The notes beneath the pieces were generated by a model. The model had not been told where the DNA came from. It did no database searches and saw nothing but the letters and a program-made list of their open reading frames with translations. A DNA stretch of 64,000 bases from a virus, in the IMG/VR virus record IMGVR_UViG_3300035704_000001, positions 64,001-128,000 of that record; one strand, written 5' to 3'. This document shows positions 10,335 to 19,739 of this stretch, one piece after another (positions within the stretch are counted from its first letter, which is position 1; every line of letters starts with the position of its first letter). Both the position numbers and the translations under genes were made by a program.

Positions 10335-11277
10335 CTGCACCGAGTCCTACCTGGAGGACCTGTTCGACCTCCTCCGGCAGGCGTTCGCGGTGTTCGCGCG
10401 GCGCAAGGTGGCCGCCGCTCTCGTCGCCGGCGACCTGTTCCACCACAAGGCGCCGACCCGGACCGATCACGAGATCGTCGGCACGCTGGCCGAGATGTTC
10501 CAGTCCCTGGACTACCCGGTGTGGATCGTCCCGGGCAATCACGACATGCAGAACGACCGGATCGAGTCGGTGGGCAAGACCCAGCCGCTGGGGGTGCTCT
10601 ACAAGGACCGCAGCGCGTACTGCCTGGACGGCTGGATGGGCGGGGAGCACCCGGTGTTCGGGGTGCCGTGGCAGCAGCACTGGTCCGAGGAGCGGATCGC
10701 GGAGTGCCTGCGCCCCTGGCGCGAGTACACGCCGTTCGAGGCGACGAGCGAGAGCTACCTGATCGTCACCCACGCGCCGATCTACCCGCCGTCCTGTGAG
10801 CCCCGCTACGAGGGCGCGGAACTGACCCCAGCCGACTGGTGGGCCGAAGCCGCGGGAGGCAGCCCCGGCGCGCACAGCGTGTTCTATGGCCATATCCACG
10901 AGCGCCACGGAACCTGGGAGCGCGGCGGGGTCACCTTCTGCAACAACGGGGCCCTGTCGCGCGGCTCGATCGGCGAGGACAACCTGACCCGGGCCATCGG
11001 GGCGACGCTGTGGACCCCGGGCGAGGGCTTCGAGTTCGTGCCGCTGGACGCCAAGCCGGCCGCGGAGGTGTTCCGGCTGCGCGAGCACGGGCAGGCGGTC
11101 ACCTCGCAGATGAGCCTGGACACGTTCATGGCCGGGCTCGGGTCTACCGTGCTGCCGCGGCTGGAGCCGGAGTCGGTGCTGGCCCGGTTCCGCGAGGACG
11201 ATGCCGGCGCGGACGAGATCGCCCTGGCCGAGGAGCTGCTGGACTGGGCCGGCGCCGAGGGGAAGGTAAAGCGATGA
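10279..11277 (+). CDS. SbcD/Mre11-like metallophosphoesterase nuclease
   Basis: SDIH, AGDLFH, PGNHD, THA, GHIH, NGAL.R motifs. Confidence 0.9.
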   Translation: MATYGLLSDIHLTRRAPVNCTESYLEDLFDLLRQAFAVFARRKVAAALVAGDLFHHKAPTRTDHEIVGTLAEMFQSLDYPVWIVPGNHDMQNDRIESVGKTQPLGVLYKDRSAYCLDGWMGGEHPVFGVPWQQHWSEERIAECLRPWREYTPFEATSESYLIVTHAPIYPPSCEPRYEGAELTPADWWAEAAGGSPGAHSVFYGHIHERHGTWERGGVTFCNNGALSRGSIGEDNLTRAIGATLWTPGEGFEFVPLDAKPAAEVFRLREHGQAVTSQMSLDTFMAGLGSTVLPRLEPESVLARFREDDAGADEIALAEELLDWAGAEGKVKR

Positions 11278-11438
11278 GCAGCCAGGATGGCTGGAGGGAC
11301 CGGTTCGCGCCGGACTACGACAAGTGCGCCTCACCGCGCTGCCAGGTGCCCGGGGGGATCATCGAGCCCGCCGACACGGTGCTCTACGACGGCGCCGGGC
11401 TGCAGGTGCACGAGGATTGCGAGGTGCCCGGTGCGTAG
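11274..11438 (+). CDS. small Cys/His protein
   Basis: ATGA overlap; CASPRC...HEDC. Confidence 0.6.
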   Translation: MSSQDGWRDRFAPDYDKCASPRCQVPGGIIEPADTVLYDGAGLQVHEDCEVPGA

Positions 11439-11661
11439 TCTCCGGCTGACCTATACCGTCGAGGCCTCGTACGACGATGAGCCGCCTGAGATCAAGGTGT
11501 TCCGGTTCCCGTCAAAACCCTGGTGGGGCTGCGTCGTCATGCTCTACCTCGGGCGCCTGGCCGCCATTGCCGGCCCGGCGAGACTGAAGGGCGGGACCAT
11601 CGTGACGCGCCTGGCGGATGGCTCGGTCGAGTACCTGGAGCGGAGGAAGCCCGATGCCTGA
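11431..11661 (+). CDS. hypothetical protein
   Basis: GTG overlapping the upstream stop; fills the gap between genes. Confidence 0.5.
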   Translation: MRSLRLTYTVEASYDDEPPEIKVFRFPSKPWWGCVVMLYLGRLAAIAGPARLKGGTIVTRLADGSVEYLERRKPDA

Positions 11662-12526
11662 CACCGGCTACAAGCCCATCCGGCTGTCCTGGTCCCGGCT
11701 GCGGGTGCACGACGAGTGCCCGGCCAAGGGCGACCTGATCTCGAAGCGGCAGAAGGGCGCGCTCACCGACACCCGCAACTTCCTGCACGGCAATGTCTGC
11801 GACCTCGCCATGCGGCGGTTCCTGAGCCTGGAGGCGCCCGCGGATGAGCTGGGCTGGATGGCCCGCCAGGTAGACGAACTCTTCGACGAGTGGATAGAGA
11901 TTGCGAAGAGTTCCGGGGACGGGATCATCAAGTGGCGCCACGCTGCCGACCAGGCCGAGGTGCGCGAATTCTGCCGGGAGGCGGTGACCCGGCTCGAAGA
12001 GCTGCTGGTCAGGTTCGTGCTGCCGTTCGACTGGTATCCGGCGTGGCGCTTCAACGTCCCGGTGAAGATCCATTACGGCCACGAGATCCGCGAGATTACG
12101 CTGACTGGCGAGGCCGACCTGCTGGTGTTCGACAAGCACGGCCGGATCTTCATCTGGGACCTCAAGGCGACCAAGGACGACAGCTACTGGCGCAAGACGC
12201 TGGCGCAGCTGGCGTTCTACGCGCTCGCGGTGAAGTGCGAGCGGGAGGAGGCCCTGCCGGAGGAGGAGAAGAAGCTGGGCCGGTGGCCGTACCGGGCCGG
12301 CCTGCTCCAGCCGATGTGCACCGAGCGGTTCCTGACGTTCGACGTCATGGCCGACGGCGGCCAGGCCATCCGCGAGATGACGAGCCGGATCGAGCGCGTG
12401 TCCGCGGACATCTGGGCAGGGCGCCTGGACCCTAAGCCGCAGGAGTGGTGCAACCGGTGCGAGGTGCGCCACGCCTGCCCGCTGTTCGCGCCGGGTTCCG
12501 GCCGCAAGGTGAAGATGGCGGCGTAG
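11654..12526 (+). CDS. PD-(D/E)xK exonuclease, RecB/Cas4-like
   Basis: LSWS...CP, G...D, GEADL...DLK, QLAFY, CNRCEVRHAC (four-Cys Fe-S pattern). Confidence 0.85.
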   Translation: MPDTGYKPIRLSWSRLRVHDECPAKGDLISKRQKGALTDTRNFLHGNVCDLAMRRFLSLEAPADELGWMARQVDELFDEWIEIAKSSGDGIIKWRHAADQAEVREFCREAVTRLEELLVRFVLPFDWYPAWRFNVPVKIHYGHEIREITLTGEADLLVFDKHGRIFIWDLKATKDDSYWRKTLAQLAFYALAVKCEREEALPEEEKKLGRWPYRAGLLQPMCTERFLTFDVMADGGQAIREMTSRIERVSADIWAGRLDPKPQEWCNRCEVRHACPLFAPGSGRKVKMAA

Positions 12527-12534
12527 TACAGGGC
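12522..12534 (+). promoter_or_regulatory. class A phage promoter motif, leaderless
   Basis: CGTAGTACAGGGC then ATG. Confidence 0.7.
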
Positions 12535-12660
12535 ATGAGCGCATCCGCAATCACCGAGTTCCAGGGCGAGTGGCGCCGGCTATCCAACTTCTGCAACAAC
12601 GGCCTGAACTACCTCGGGCGCATCCTGACGATGGTCCGTGACATCGTGCGGGAGGACTAG
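12535..12660 (+). pseudogene. internally deleted NADAR (YbiA-like) remnant, 41 aa
   Basis: N-terminal ITEFQGEWRRLSNF joined directly to C-terminal GLNYLGRILTMVR. Confidence 0.65.
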
Positions 12661-12914
12661 TGGCGGACATCGCAGGCCAGGTAGGCCAGCTCAAGACCCT
12701 GGCGGACAGGGCCACCGAGGCGCGGCACCGCGCCGACGCCGCGGTGGAAGCCGTCTCGGCCCGGCTGGAGGAAACGCAGCAGGAGCTGCGGACCGAATTC
12801 GACGTGGAGAACCTGGCGGAGGCCAGGGCAAAGGAGAAGCGGATGGAGACGGCGCTGGAGGCCGAGGCAGCCCGGGTAAGCGGGCTGCTGCAGCAGGCCG
12901 GAGGACGCGCGTGA
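12660..12914 (+). CDS. small coiled-coil protein
   Basis: Heptad-rich sequence; RBS GGAGG. Confidence 0.75.
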   Translation: MADIAGQVGQLKTLADRATEARHRADAAVEAVSARLEETQQELRTEFDVENLAEARAKEKRMETALEAEAARVSGLLQQAGGRA

Positions 12915-14062
12915 GCGGCCTGACGGTGGACTACGGCAAGCACGAGTTCACGGTCAGGAGGGTCATCCTGGCCCAGCTGGCCGCGCAGGCCGCGGTGGCG
13001 GTGCCGAGCCGCGAATCGCTCGCGGTGCACGGCAGCTTCCGGGTCACCGTGGCCCCCGGCCGGCTGGAGCTGGCCGCCACTGACAGCCAGCTGACCGTGC
13101 TGGCCGCCACCAAGTCGGTGGACACGCACGACACCGCGGTGCTGTTCCTGCCGGCCAAGCGGCTCAAGGACATCATTGACGCGGCCCCCGACGGCGACGT
13201 CACCATCTCGGTATCCGGCAACATGGCCCGGGTCAAGGCCGGCGGCCCGTCCTGGGACATGAAGCTGCCCAACCCCAAGGGCTATTCCGTGCTGATCGAC
13301 CCGGCTAAGGTCACCTTCGCCGCGGTGCCGCGCGAGTCGTTCCTGGCGGCCCTGCACACCATCCGGCACGCGGTCTGCAAGGACGTCTCGCGACCGCACT
13401 ACGCGCAGGTCCAGCTGGCCAAGGACGGCGAGCACGTCTGGGCGACGGCGTTCGACGGCCCGCAGATGTGCCGGGCCAGGGTGCCCGGCTTCCCGTTCGA
13501 GACGCTGATGCCGGCTGCCATGCTGCCCGAGCTGATCAAGCTGGCCGGGCGCAGCCAGGCCGACGACATCGAGGTAGGCGAGCTGGAGGGCACCGTGGTG
13601 GTCCGCTCCGGGCATACCGTGCTGGCCTGCACGCCGATGGGCGCGGAGTTCCCCAACGTGGCCCAGCTGATGCTCGGCCCGACCTCCGGCTACGACCTGG
13701 AGCTGGCGGTGGACGGCGCCGAGCTGGCCCAGGCCATCAACCGGGTCTCGGTCAACGCCCACCCCACCACCTCGGCCATGGCGCTGACGGCGGACGGCAG
13801 GCAGCTGACCGTGCAGGCCCAGGACGACGACGACAACAGGGCCGAGGAGATCATCAGCTGCACCTGGGCCGGGGACAGCCGCACCGTCGTGATCAACCAC
13901 AAGCACCTCGCCGCGATGCTGGCCGTGCACCCGCCGGGCACCTGCACGTTCCGGCTCGGGCTCGACGTGGGCCGGCGCCGGTCCATGGTCCGGCTGGAGG
14001 ACGAGGACGGCGCCATGATCGCGGTCATCCCGCAGATGAACCCCAGTGCGGCGGGCCGCTGA
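12911..14062 (+). CDS. dnaN: DNA polymerase III beta sliding clamp
   Basis: LAATD, ATAFDG, EFPN, N.KHL, IPQM end; about 383 aa with three-domain layout. Confidence 0.85.
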   Translation: MSGLTVDYGKHEFTVRRVILAQLAAQAAVAVPSRESLAVHGSFRVTVAPGRLELAATDSQLTVLAATKSVDTHDTAVLFLPAKRLKDIIDAAPDGDVTISVSGNMARVKAGGPSWDMKLPNPKGYSVLIDPAKVTFAAVPRESFLAALHTIRHAVCKDVSRPHYAQVQLAKDGEHVWATAFDGPQMCRARVPGFPFETLMPAAMLPELIKLAGRSQADDIEVGELEGTVVVRSGHTVLACTPMGAEFPNVAQLMLGPTSGYDLELAVDGAELAQAINRVSVNAHPTTSAMALTADGRQLTVQAQDDDDNRAEEIISCTWAGDSRTVVINHKHLAAMLAVHPPGTCTFRLGLDVGRRRSMVRLEDEDGAMIAVIPQMNPSAAGR

Positions 14063-14063
14063 C

Positions 14064-14420
14064 ATGGCTGAGGGCGCCGTCAAGTGGTACGACGACAGCA
14101 AGGGCTTCGGCTTCATCGAGCGCGAGGGCCAGGAGGACATCTGGTTCCACGCCCGGGACCGGTCCGGCAGCGTGGACGAGGCCCAGTTCCTGCCCGGTGC
14201 CCGCGTCGTGTTCACCGAGGAACTGGTCCGGGGCCGGGCCAAGGCGAACATCACCGCCGTCCTGGGCGGGTCCCGGGGCGAGCCCGAGCCGGAGCCGGAG
14301 TCCGAGCCCGCCCAGGAGTACACCGTGGATGAGGTCATCAAGGGGCTGGAGGGCGTTTTCCTGGCCGGCCTGGAGTGGCTGGACATCCTGAAGCAAGTGG
14401 CCAAGAACGGGCAGGCGTAG
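14064..14420 (+). CDS. cold-shock domain protein with C-terminal extension
   Basis: GAVKWYDDSKGFGFI...DIWFH. Confidence 0.85.
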   Translation: MAEGAVKWYDDSKGFGFIEREGQEDIWFHARDRSGSVDEAQFLPGARVVFTEELVRGRAKANITAVLGGSRGEPEPEPESEPAQEYTVDEVIKGLEGVFLAGLEWLDILKQVAKNGQA

Positions 14421-14428
14421 TAACGGGC

Positions 14429-15019
14429 ATGAGCACAGACACCGCATCCAAGTCCCTGGCCCAGATGCAGGCCGAGGTCGTCGAGTACAACCACGCGATG
14501 GGCTGGCGCGAGAACGACGTCACGTTCGGCGAGGCCATGGCCCTGCTGCACACCGAGGTGGCCGAGGCCTCCGATGCCTGGCGCCGGTGGGGTACCGACG
14601 ACGCCACTCAGGACACCCTGTATACGGCCGGACTGGGTACCCGGATACCGAATCCCAAGCCCGAGGGTGTCGGGTCGGAGTTCGCCGACGTCTTCATCCG
14701 GCTGCTCGACGACTGCGACCTGTACGAGGTCGATCTCCAGGCTGCTGTGGACCGGCATACTGGTCTCTTCGGCGTCAACGAGTCGTTCCTGGAGAACACC
14801 AACCACCTGCACACGATGATCGCCAGGGCGTCTATGGTGTTCGAGCTGGCGTGGGATGAGCCTGACCCGGCGTATGCCCTGGCGAGGGAGTTCGCCGGCA
14901 TCCTGGTGTTCCTCCGCCAGCTGTGCGAGCGCTACGGCATCGACCTGATGGCCGAGTACGAGCGCAAGATGGCCTACAACCGCACCCGGCCTTACAGGCA
15001 CGGCGGGAAGCGGCAGTGA
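14429..15019 (+). CDS. MazG-like NTP pyrophosphohydrolase (tandem domains)
   Basis: LLHTEVAEA, SEFADVFIRLLD, KMAYNRTRPYRHGGK. Confidence 0.85.
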   Translation: MSTDTASKSLAQMQAEVVEYNHAMGWRENDVTFGEAMALLHTEVAEASDAWRRWGTDDATQDTLYTAGLGTRIPNPKPEGVGSEFADVFIRLLDDCDLYEVDLQAAVDRHTGLFGVNESFLENTNHLHTMIARASMVFELAWDEPDPAYALAREFAGILVFLRQLCERYGIDLMAEYERKMAYNRTRPYRHGGKRQ

Positions 15020-15426
15020 GCCCGGGGAAGATCTACCTGGCTGCTGCCTACCAGCGCATCGACGAGATGCGCGGCGTTCGCGATGTGCTCGGTGCGCTGG
15101 GATACCAGGTCACCTCGCGCTGGATCGACCAGCGGGGCAAGGGGGAGGGCCTGGGGACGGCCGATCTTGCCGACAACCCGGAGCAGGGCATTCAGTATGC
15201 CGAGCTTGACCTGGAGGACCTGCGCGCAGCCGAGACGGTGATCTCGTTCACCGGAGCCAGCGGGCGCGGCGGGCGTCATGTCGAGTTCGGCGCAGCCCTC
15301 GCTCTGGGCAAGCACCTCATCATCGTCGGGCCGCGCGAACACGTGTTCCATACGCTGCCCGCCATCGAGTGGTATCCGGACTGGCCTCGCCTGGTCATGG
15401 CCCTGTCCCCGGCTGTCCGGGCGTGA
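15016..15426 (+). CDS. nucleoside 2-deoxyribosyltransferase-like protein
   Basis: KIYLAA, DLEDLRAAE, GGRHVEFGAALALGK. Confidence 0.75.
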   Translation: MSPGKIYLAAAYQRIDEMRGVRDVLGALGYQVTSRWIDQRGKGEGLGTADLADNPEQGIQYAELDLEDLRAAETVISFTGASGRGGRHVEFGAALALGKHLIIVGPREHVFHTLPAIEWYPDWPRLVMALSPAVRA

Positions 15427-16079
15427 CCGGCACCGCCGAGCTGGCCCGGGCCGTCGAGCGCCGCCGGTCTGAGCTGGACCGGCGGGCCGGGCAGCTGGAG
15501 CAGCTGCAGCACCAGATCGGCGTGACCGAGACCGAGCTGGCCGGCCTCCGGGCCCAGGCCGGGCTGCATGCCAGGGTGGCCCTGCGCCTGACCGCTACCG
15601 GCGAGCTGGCGCAGGAGACCGCCCGGGCCAAGGTGGAGGACCTGGCCACCCGGGCACTGGCGGTCATCTTCGGCCCGGAGCACGCGTTCGTGCTCAAGCC
15701 GGGGGACCGTGGCGGGCAGGCCACGCTGGACCTGCTGGTGCGCTCGGCCTACCCGGACGGCAAGATCGTCGAGACCGGCATCCTGGAGGCGCGCGGCGGC
15801 GGCATGGCGGCGGTGCTCGGCTACGTGCTGCGGCTGGTGAAGCTGCTGCTGACACCGGAGATCCGCAACATCCTGTTCCTGGACGAGACCTTCGGCCACG
15901 TCTCGGCCAGCGTCGAGCCGCGGGTGGCCGAGTTCCTGCGGCTGGTCTCGGACCGGACTGGCGTGCAGCACGTGCTGATCACTCACTCGACGGTCTACGG
16001 CGACTTCGCCGACCAGGCCGTCCGGCTGGAGCAGGGCGCCGACGGGATCACCGTCGTCCACCGCGGGGAGAGCGAATGA
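15423..16079 (+). CDS. SbcC/Rad50-like ATPase, C-terminal half
   Basis: Coiled coil, signature-like RGGG, Walker B ILFLDETF, H-loop ITHS. Confidence 0.85.
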   Translation: MTGTAELARAVERRRSELDRRAGQLEQLQHQIGVTETELAGLRAQAGLHARVALRLTATGELAQETARAKVEDLATRALAVIFGPEHAFVLKPGDRGGQATLDLLVRSAYPDGKIVETGILEARGGGMAAVLGYVLRLVKLLLTPEIRNILFLDETFGHVSASVEPRVAEFLRLVSDRTGVQHVLITHSTVYGDFADQAVRLEQGADGITVVHRGESE

Positions 16080-16516
16080 GCGGCGAGCTGGAGCCTTACG
16101 AGCAGAGTCCGGCCGAGCTGGCCTCGGCGTTCGAGGAGCTGCCCGAGGAAATACGCCGGGCGTGCCTGAACTACGCCCGGAGGATCGCCCTGGCCGAGGC
16201 TGCCGCCGAGACCGGGGAGGCCCCGCAGTTCATCATCCTCGGCTATGACGGCGGGACCCTGGTCTGGAGCACGGACGTGGAGTACACCCAGATGGCCCGC
16301 CGCATCGACGGGGTTGACCGGGTGCCGCTCGGGCCCGGGCCCAATGCACCCGTCGCCCGGGTGCCCCGGTGGACCATCGCCATCGGCGCGAAACTCCGCT
16401 CGTTCGAGCAGCACATCGGCGAGGACTACGGATCGGCGCTGTCCACGCTGCTCACGGACTTGCGGCGGCGGCAGCAGGCAGGCTCCCCGCCCTCCGCACT
16501 GCCTCCAGGCGAATGA
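16076..16516 (+). CDS. hypothetical protein
   Basis: ATGA overlap; high GC3. Confidence 0.7.
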   Translation: MSGELEPYEQSPAELASAFEELPEEIRRACLNYARRIALAEAAAETGEAPQFIILGYDGGTLVWSTDVEYTQMARRIDGVDRVPLGPGPNAPVARVPRWTIAIGAKLRSFEQHIGEDYGSALSTLLTDLRRRQQAGSPPSALPPGE

Positions 16517-16558
16517 CCCGCCGCGGCCGGCCCGATGTAACCCGTATGAGGAGCTGCG

Positions 16559-19500
16559 ATGACCAGGACTGCTGAAGCCGCCGGCCGGTGGCTGGACGAG
16601 AACCTGTACCGGTTCGACGGCCCCGGCCAGTTCCTCGGGGACGAGCCCGGCTCCCAGCTGGCCTCGCTGGGCATGGACCGGGCCGCGCTGTGGGACTACG
16701 GCAAGGTCCGGGTGTGCCTGGCCGCGTCCTGGGACTACGCGCAGGCCTCGGGCAACATCGCCATCCCGGCGGTGCTCAATGCCATCCGGGTGGCCGGGGA
16801 GTACGTGGCCGACCGGTTCTACCTGCCGTCCACCTCGCGCGACTGGTCGATGCTGGTCAAGGGCGGGCTCGGCTGCTTCGGCATCGAGACCCGGCACCCG
16901 CTGCGGGACTTCGACGTGGTGGCCACGAGCATCAGCTACACCGTGCTGTTCCAGAACTTCAGCGCCTACCTGACGGCCTCCGGCATCCCGCTGCGCCGCG
17001 CCGACCGGGAGAAGAACCCGGAGGCCTGGCCCCTGGTGATGGCCGGCGGGCAGGCCTACTGCGCGCCCGAGTTCATGTCCGCCGTCTTCGACTGCATCTG
17101 GCTGGGGGAGGCGGAGGACGAGGAAGGCGAGTCCGGCGGCATCGGCGAGGTGTGCGGGGTCATCGCCGCGTGCAAGGCCGATGGCTGCTGGCAGCGTGAC
17201 CGGCTCGGCTGCTACCGCATGCTGGCCCGCCGGTTCAGCCACCTGTACTTCCCGCAGTTCACGGCGTTCACCTACCGCTACGAGGACCGCGGGCTGGAGC
17301 ATCCCACCAAGATGGTGGCCGGGCACTGGCCGGTGCTCGACGGCATGCGCTACCCGCACCAGCGCCGGTACATCAAGAACCTGGACAAGATGTGCCCGCT
17401 GTGCTCGGCCCCGCTGCTGTATACCGACCCGGGGATGGGCGCCGGGGACTCCGAGATCGCCCGCGGCTGCACCTGCTGGTGCCCGTTCTGCCGGCTGTCC
17501 TGGGTGACCAAGCCGTACCGGCAGCACGACGTGGACTACTCGATCCGCCAGATGCAGCTGTGGCGGCAGGCCATGGGCTCGGTGGACATCTCGCTGGTGG
17601 CCCCGGACCCGCCGGTACACACCCAGATGAAAGAGCTGCTGGCTCGCATCCTGGGCGAGGTCACCGACGAGGTGGACGCGTCGTCCATGCGGATCGACGA
17701 CTACCTGGCCGACCACGACTTCGCGCTGCTGATGACGATCGCCGGCGCCGACTCGCTCACGCTCGGGCTGGAGGGCAACTCCCAGCGGATGCGCGACCTG
17801 GCCGGCAAGGGCACCTCCGACGACGACGTGTGCGAGGTGGTCACCCGGGCCATCCGGGCCGGCATCAGGCGGATCAAGCTCTACATGATCACGAACTGGC
17901 CGGGGGAGACGGCCGCTGACGTCATGCGGATCGTTGAGCTGGGCCGCCGGCTGGCTGCCATCCGCGCGGACTTCGACGCCCAGAAGGTCCGCATCCAGTT
18001 CAGCTGGACCCCGCTGCTCATCGAGGCGCAGACCCCGCTGCAGTGGTTCGAGGTCACCGCGCCGGACTACCGGCTGCAGCAGGCCCTGGACGAGCTGCGC
18101 GACCTCGGCATCTCGATGAAGATCGGCTCGAAGGCCAACCCCGACAAGCTGGCGTTCTTCCAGGCCTGCCAGCGGGCCAGCCGCGACGCCGGGGAGGCGC
18201 TGGCGGATGTCGTCGAGGGGATCGGCGAGCCGTCCTGGGGCGGGTTCCCCAAGGACATGCAGGACCGGCTCGACGTCGCGCTTATGTCGCACGGCTTCCT
18301 CAACGGGCTGGCCGACCTGTTCGGCGAGCGGTTCCGCAGCGACCTGCTGGGCTGGGAGCACATCGACACGGGCGTGTCCACGGACCTGATGTGGCAGGTC
18401 TACGCGGACATGGTGGCGTTCCTCAAGGGCACCGACCCGGAGACCTACGACGATGCCGAGCGCGGCGCGGCCAGCGGCAACGAGTGGGTCGGCCGGTGCG
18501 ATCAGACCTGCCAGGGCGCGGCGTGCGGGGCGTGCGACCACGATGACCTCAAGCTGCGCAAGGACTACATCACCGCCACCGACCGGGACCTGGAGGCCGA
18601 GCCGGTCGACCCGGTCGACCACACCACGGTGTCCCGCCGTCTCCGCCTGCGGCTGTACCGGCCGCAGGAGTACCGGTTCGCCTCGTCCGAGTTCCTGCGC
18701 TTCCACATCCGCGCGGCCGCGTTCCGGGCGTGCGACGCCACCGGGTTCCCGGCCATCGCCAAGCGCACCGTGGGGCTGGCCTCCGACGCCACCGCCTACC
18801 GGGACCGGTCCTCGGGGGTGGAGTACGCCGAGTTCGGCGTCACCCGGCCCGTGACGGCCGGGGAGGAGCTGGAGCGGTTCCTGGACGCTCTCGGGTCCGG
18901 GCTGGCGCCCTGGCTGGAGCTGGAGGCCTGCCAGGTGCTGCCCGCGGCCGCGCGCATGCCGTCCCGGCCGGTCGGGCTGTGGGAGGTCGAGACCGACCTG
19001 ACCGAGGACGAGCTGGCCGCGCTGCTGCGCGGGTGGGACAAGGCCGGGACGGTCCGGTTCCTGCTGAAGTCGGACAGCTTCTACGCCGGCGAGCAAGCCG
19101 TGTGGATCAACGCCAAGGACCACGTGACCGACCTGTGGGCGACCCGCGCCGGGCACCGGGTAGTGGTCCGGATGCTGCTGGGCGGCAAGCTGGGCCCGTA
19201 CCAGGTCATGCAGGCGCTGCTGGGCAAGAACTCGTGGATGCCGCTGGCCAGGCACCCGGCGGTCCGGCTCGGGTTCTTCCGGCCTGGCCAGGAGGCGGGC
19301 CCGCTGCCCTGCACCGGCTGCGGGCTGCCGGTGCCCGAGGGCCTGCTCGGCGAGATCCCCGACTGCGACTGGTGCCCGCGCTGCCGTGACGAGGAGGCGG
19401 GAGAGATTATCGCCGGTCTGGCCCGCGTGGGCGTATTACAGGGCACGGAAGTTAACACCTGGGGAGAAGCCTGTGGACGCCATTCCGATGTTCGAGGACG

Positions 19501-19603
19501 TGGACGAGCTGAGAGCGGCCGCGGAGGCCGGGACCGTCGATGTGCACGTAGCGGCAGCAGCGGCCATCTTCGGCCTGGAATCGGCCCAGGTCGGCCCGGC
19601 TGA
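16559..19603 (+). CDS. B12-binding-type radical SAM protein (TIGR03960-like) fused to a radical SAM-linked DUF2344/TIGR03936-like domain; coding-like signal ends at about 19435
   Basis: LRDFDVV, AGG...PE...D...GEAE, EIARGCTCWCPFC, LEGNSQRMR, IKLYM...PGET, WEHIDTG; C-terminal RLRL...RFASS...SSGVEYAEF. Confidence 0.85.
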   Translation: MTRTAEAAGRWLDENLYRFDGPGQFLGDEPGSQLASLGMDRAALWDYGKVRVCLAASWDYAQASGNIAIPAVLNAIRVAGEYVADRFYLPSTSRDWSMLVKGGLGCFGIETRHPLRDFDVVATSISYTVLFQNFSAYLTASGIPLRRADREKNPEAWPLVMAGGQAYCAPEFMSAVFDCIWLGEAEDEEGESGGIGEVCGVIAACKADGCWQRDRLGCYRMLARRFSHLYFPQFTAFTYRYEDRGLEHPTKMVAGHWPVLDGMRYPHQRRYIKNLDKMCPLCSAPLLYTDPGMGAGDSEIARGCTCWCPFCRLSWVTKPYRQHDVDYSIRQMQLWRQAMGSVDISLVAPDPPVHTQMKELLARILGEVTDEVDASSMRIDDYLADHDFALLMTIAGADSLTLGLEGNSQRMRDLAGKGTSDDDVCEVVTRAIRAGIRRIKLYMITNWPGETAADVMRIVELGRRLAAIRADFDAQKVRIQFSWTPLLIEAQTPLQWFEVTAPDYRLQQALDELRDLGISMKIGSKANPDKLAFFQACQRASRDAGEALADVVEGIGEPSWGGFPKDMQDRLDVALMSHGFLNGLADLFGERFRSDLLGWEHIDTGVSTDLMWQVYADMVAFLKGTDPETYDDAERGAASGNEWVGRCDQTCQGAACGACDHDDLKLRKDYITATDRDLEAEPVDPVDHTTVSRRLRLRLYRPQEYRFASSEFLRFHIRAAAFRACDATGFPAIAKRTVGLASDATAYRDRSSGVEYAEFGVTRPVTAGEELERFLDALGSGLAPWLELEACQVLPAAARMPSRPVGLWEVETDLTEDELAALLRGWDKAGTVRFLLKSDSFYAGEQAVWINAKDHVTDLWATRAGHRVVVRMLLGGKLGPYQVMQALLGKNSWMPLARHPAVRLGFFRPGQEAGPLPCTGCGLPVPEGLLGEIPDCDWCPRCRDEEAGEIIAGLARVGVLQGTEVNTWGEACGRHSDVRGRGRAESGRGGRDRRCARSGSSGHLRPGIGPGRPG

Positions 19604-19739
19604 ACGCCGGTGGGGCAAATGGCTGAACATGGCGGCCCTGCTCGGGCTGAGCGAGGCGGGGCTGGCCGACCTGTGCCAGGCTCCGCGGGAGAAGGTCCGC
19701 GAGATGCTGGACCGGTACCGCGTCATGGTCTTGATGTGA
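19473..19739 (+). CDS. stand-alone PolA fingers (helix O) homolog, 88 aa
   Basis: DVHVAAAAAIFG...V...RRWGKWLN...G.S..GLA...Y; RBS GGGGAG. Confidence 0.7.
   Translation: MDAIPMFEDVDELRAAAEAGTVDVHVAAAAAIFGLESAQVGPAERRWGKWLNMAALLGLSEAGLADLCQAPREKVREMLDRYRVMVLM

Noticed and set aside
11654-12526. CRISPR-Cas (Cas4-like nuclease)
   Set aside because: No repeat-spacer array or other cas genes are present. Solo Cas4/RecB-like nucleases are common in phages.
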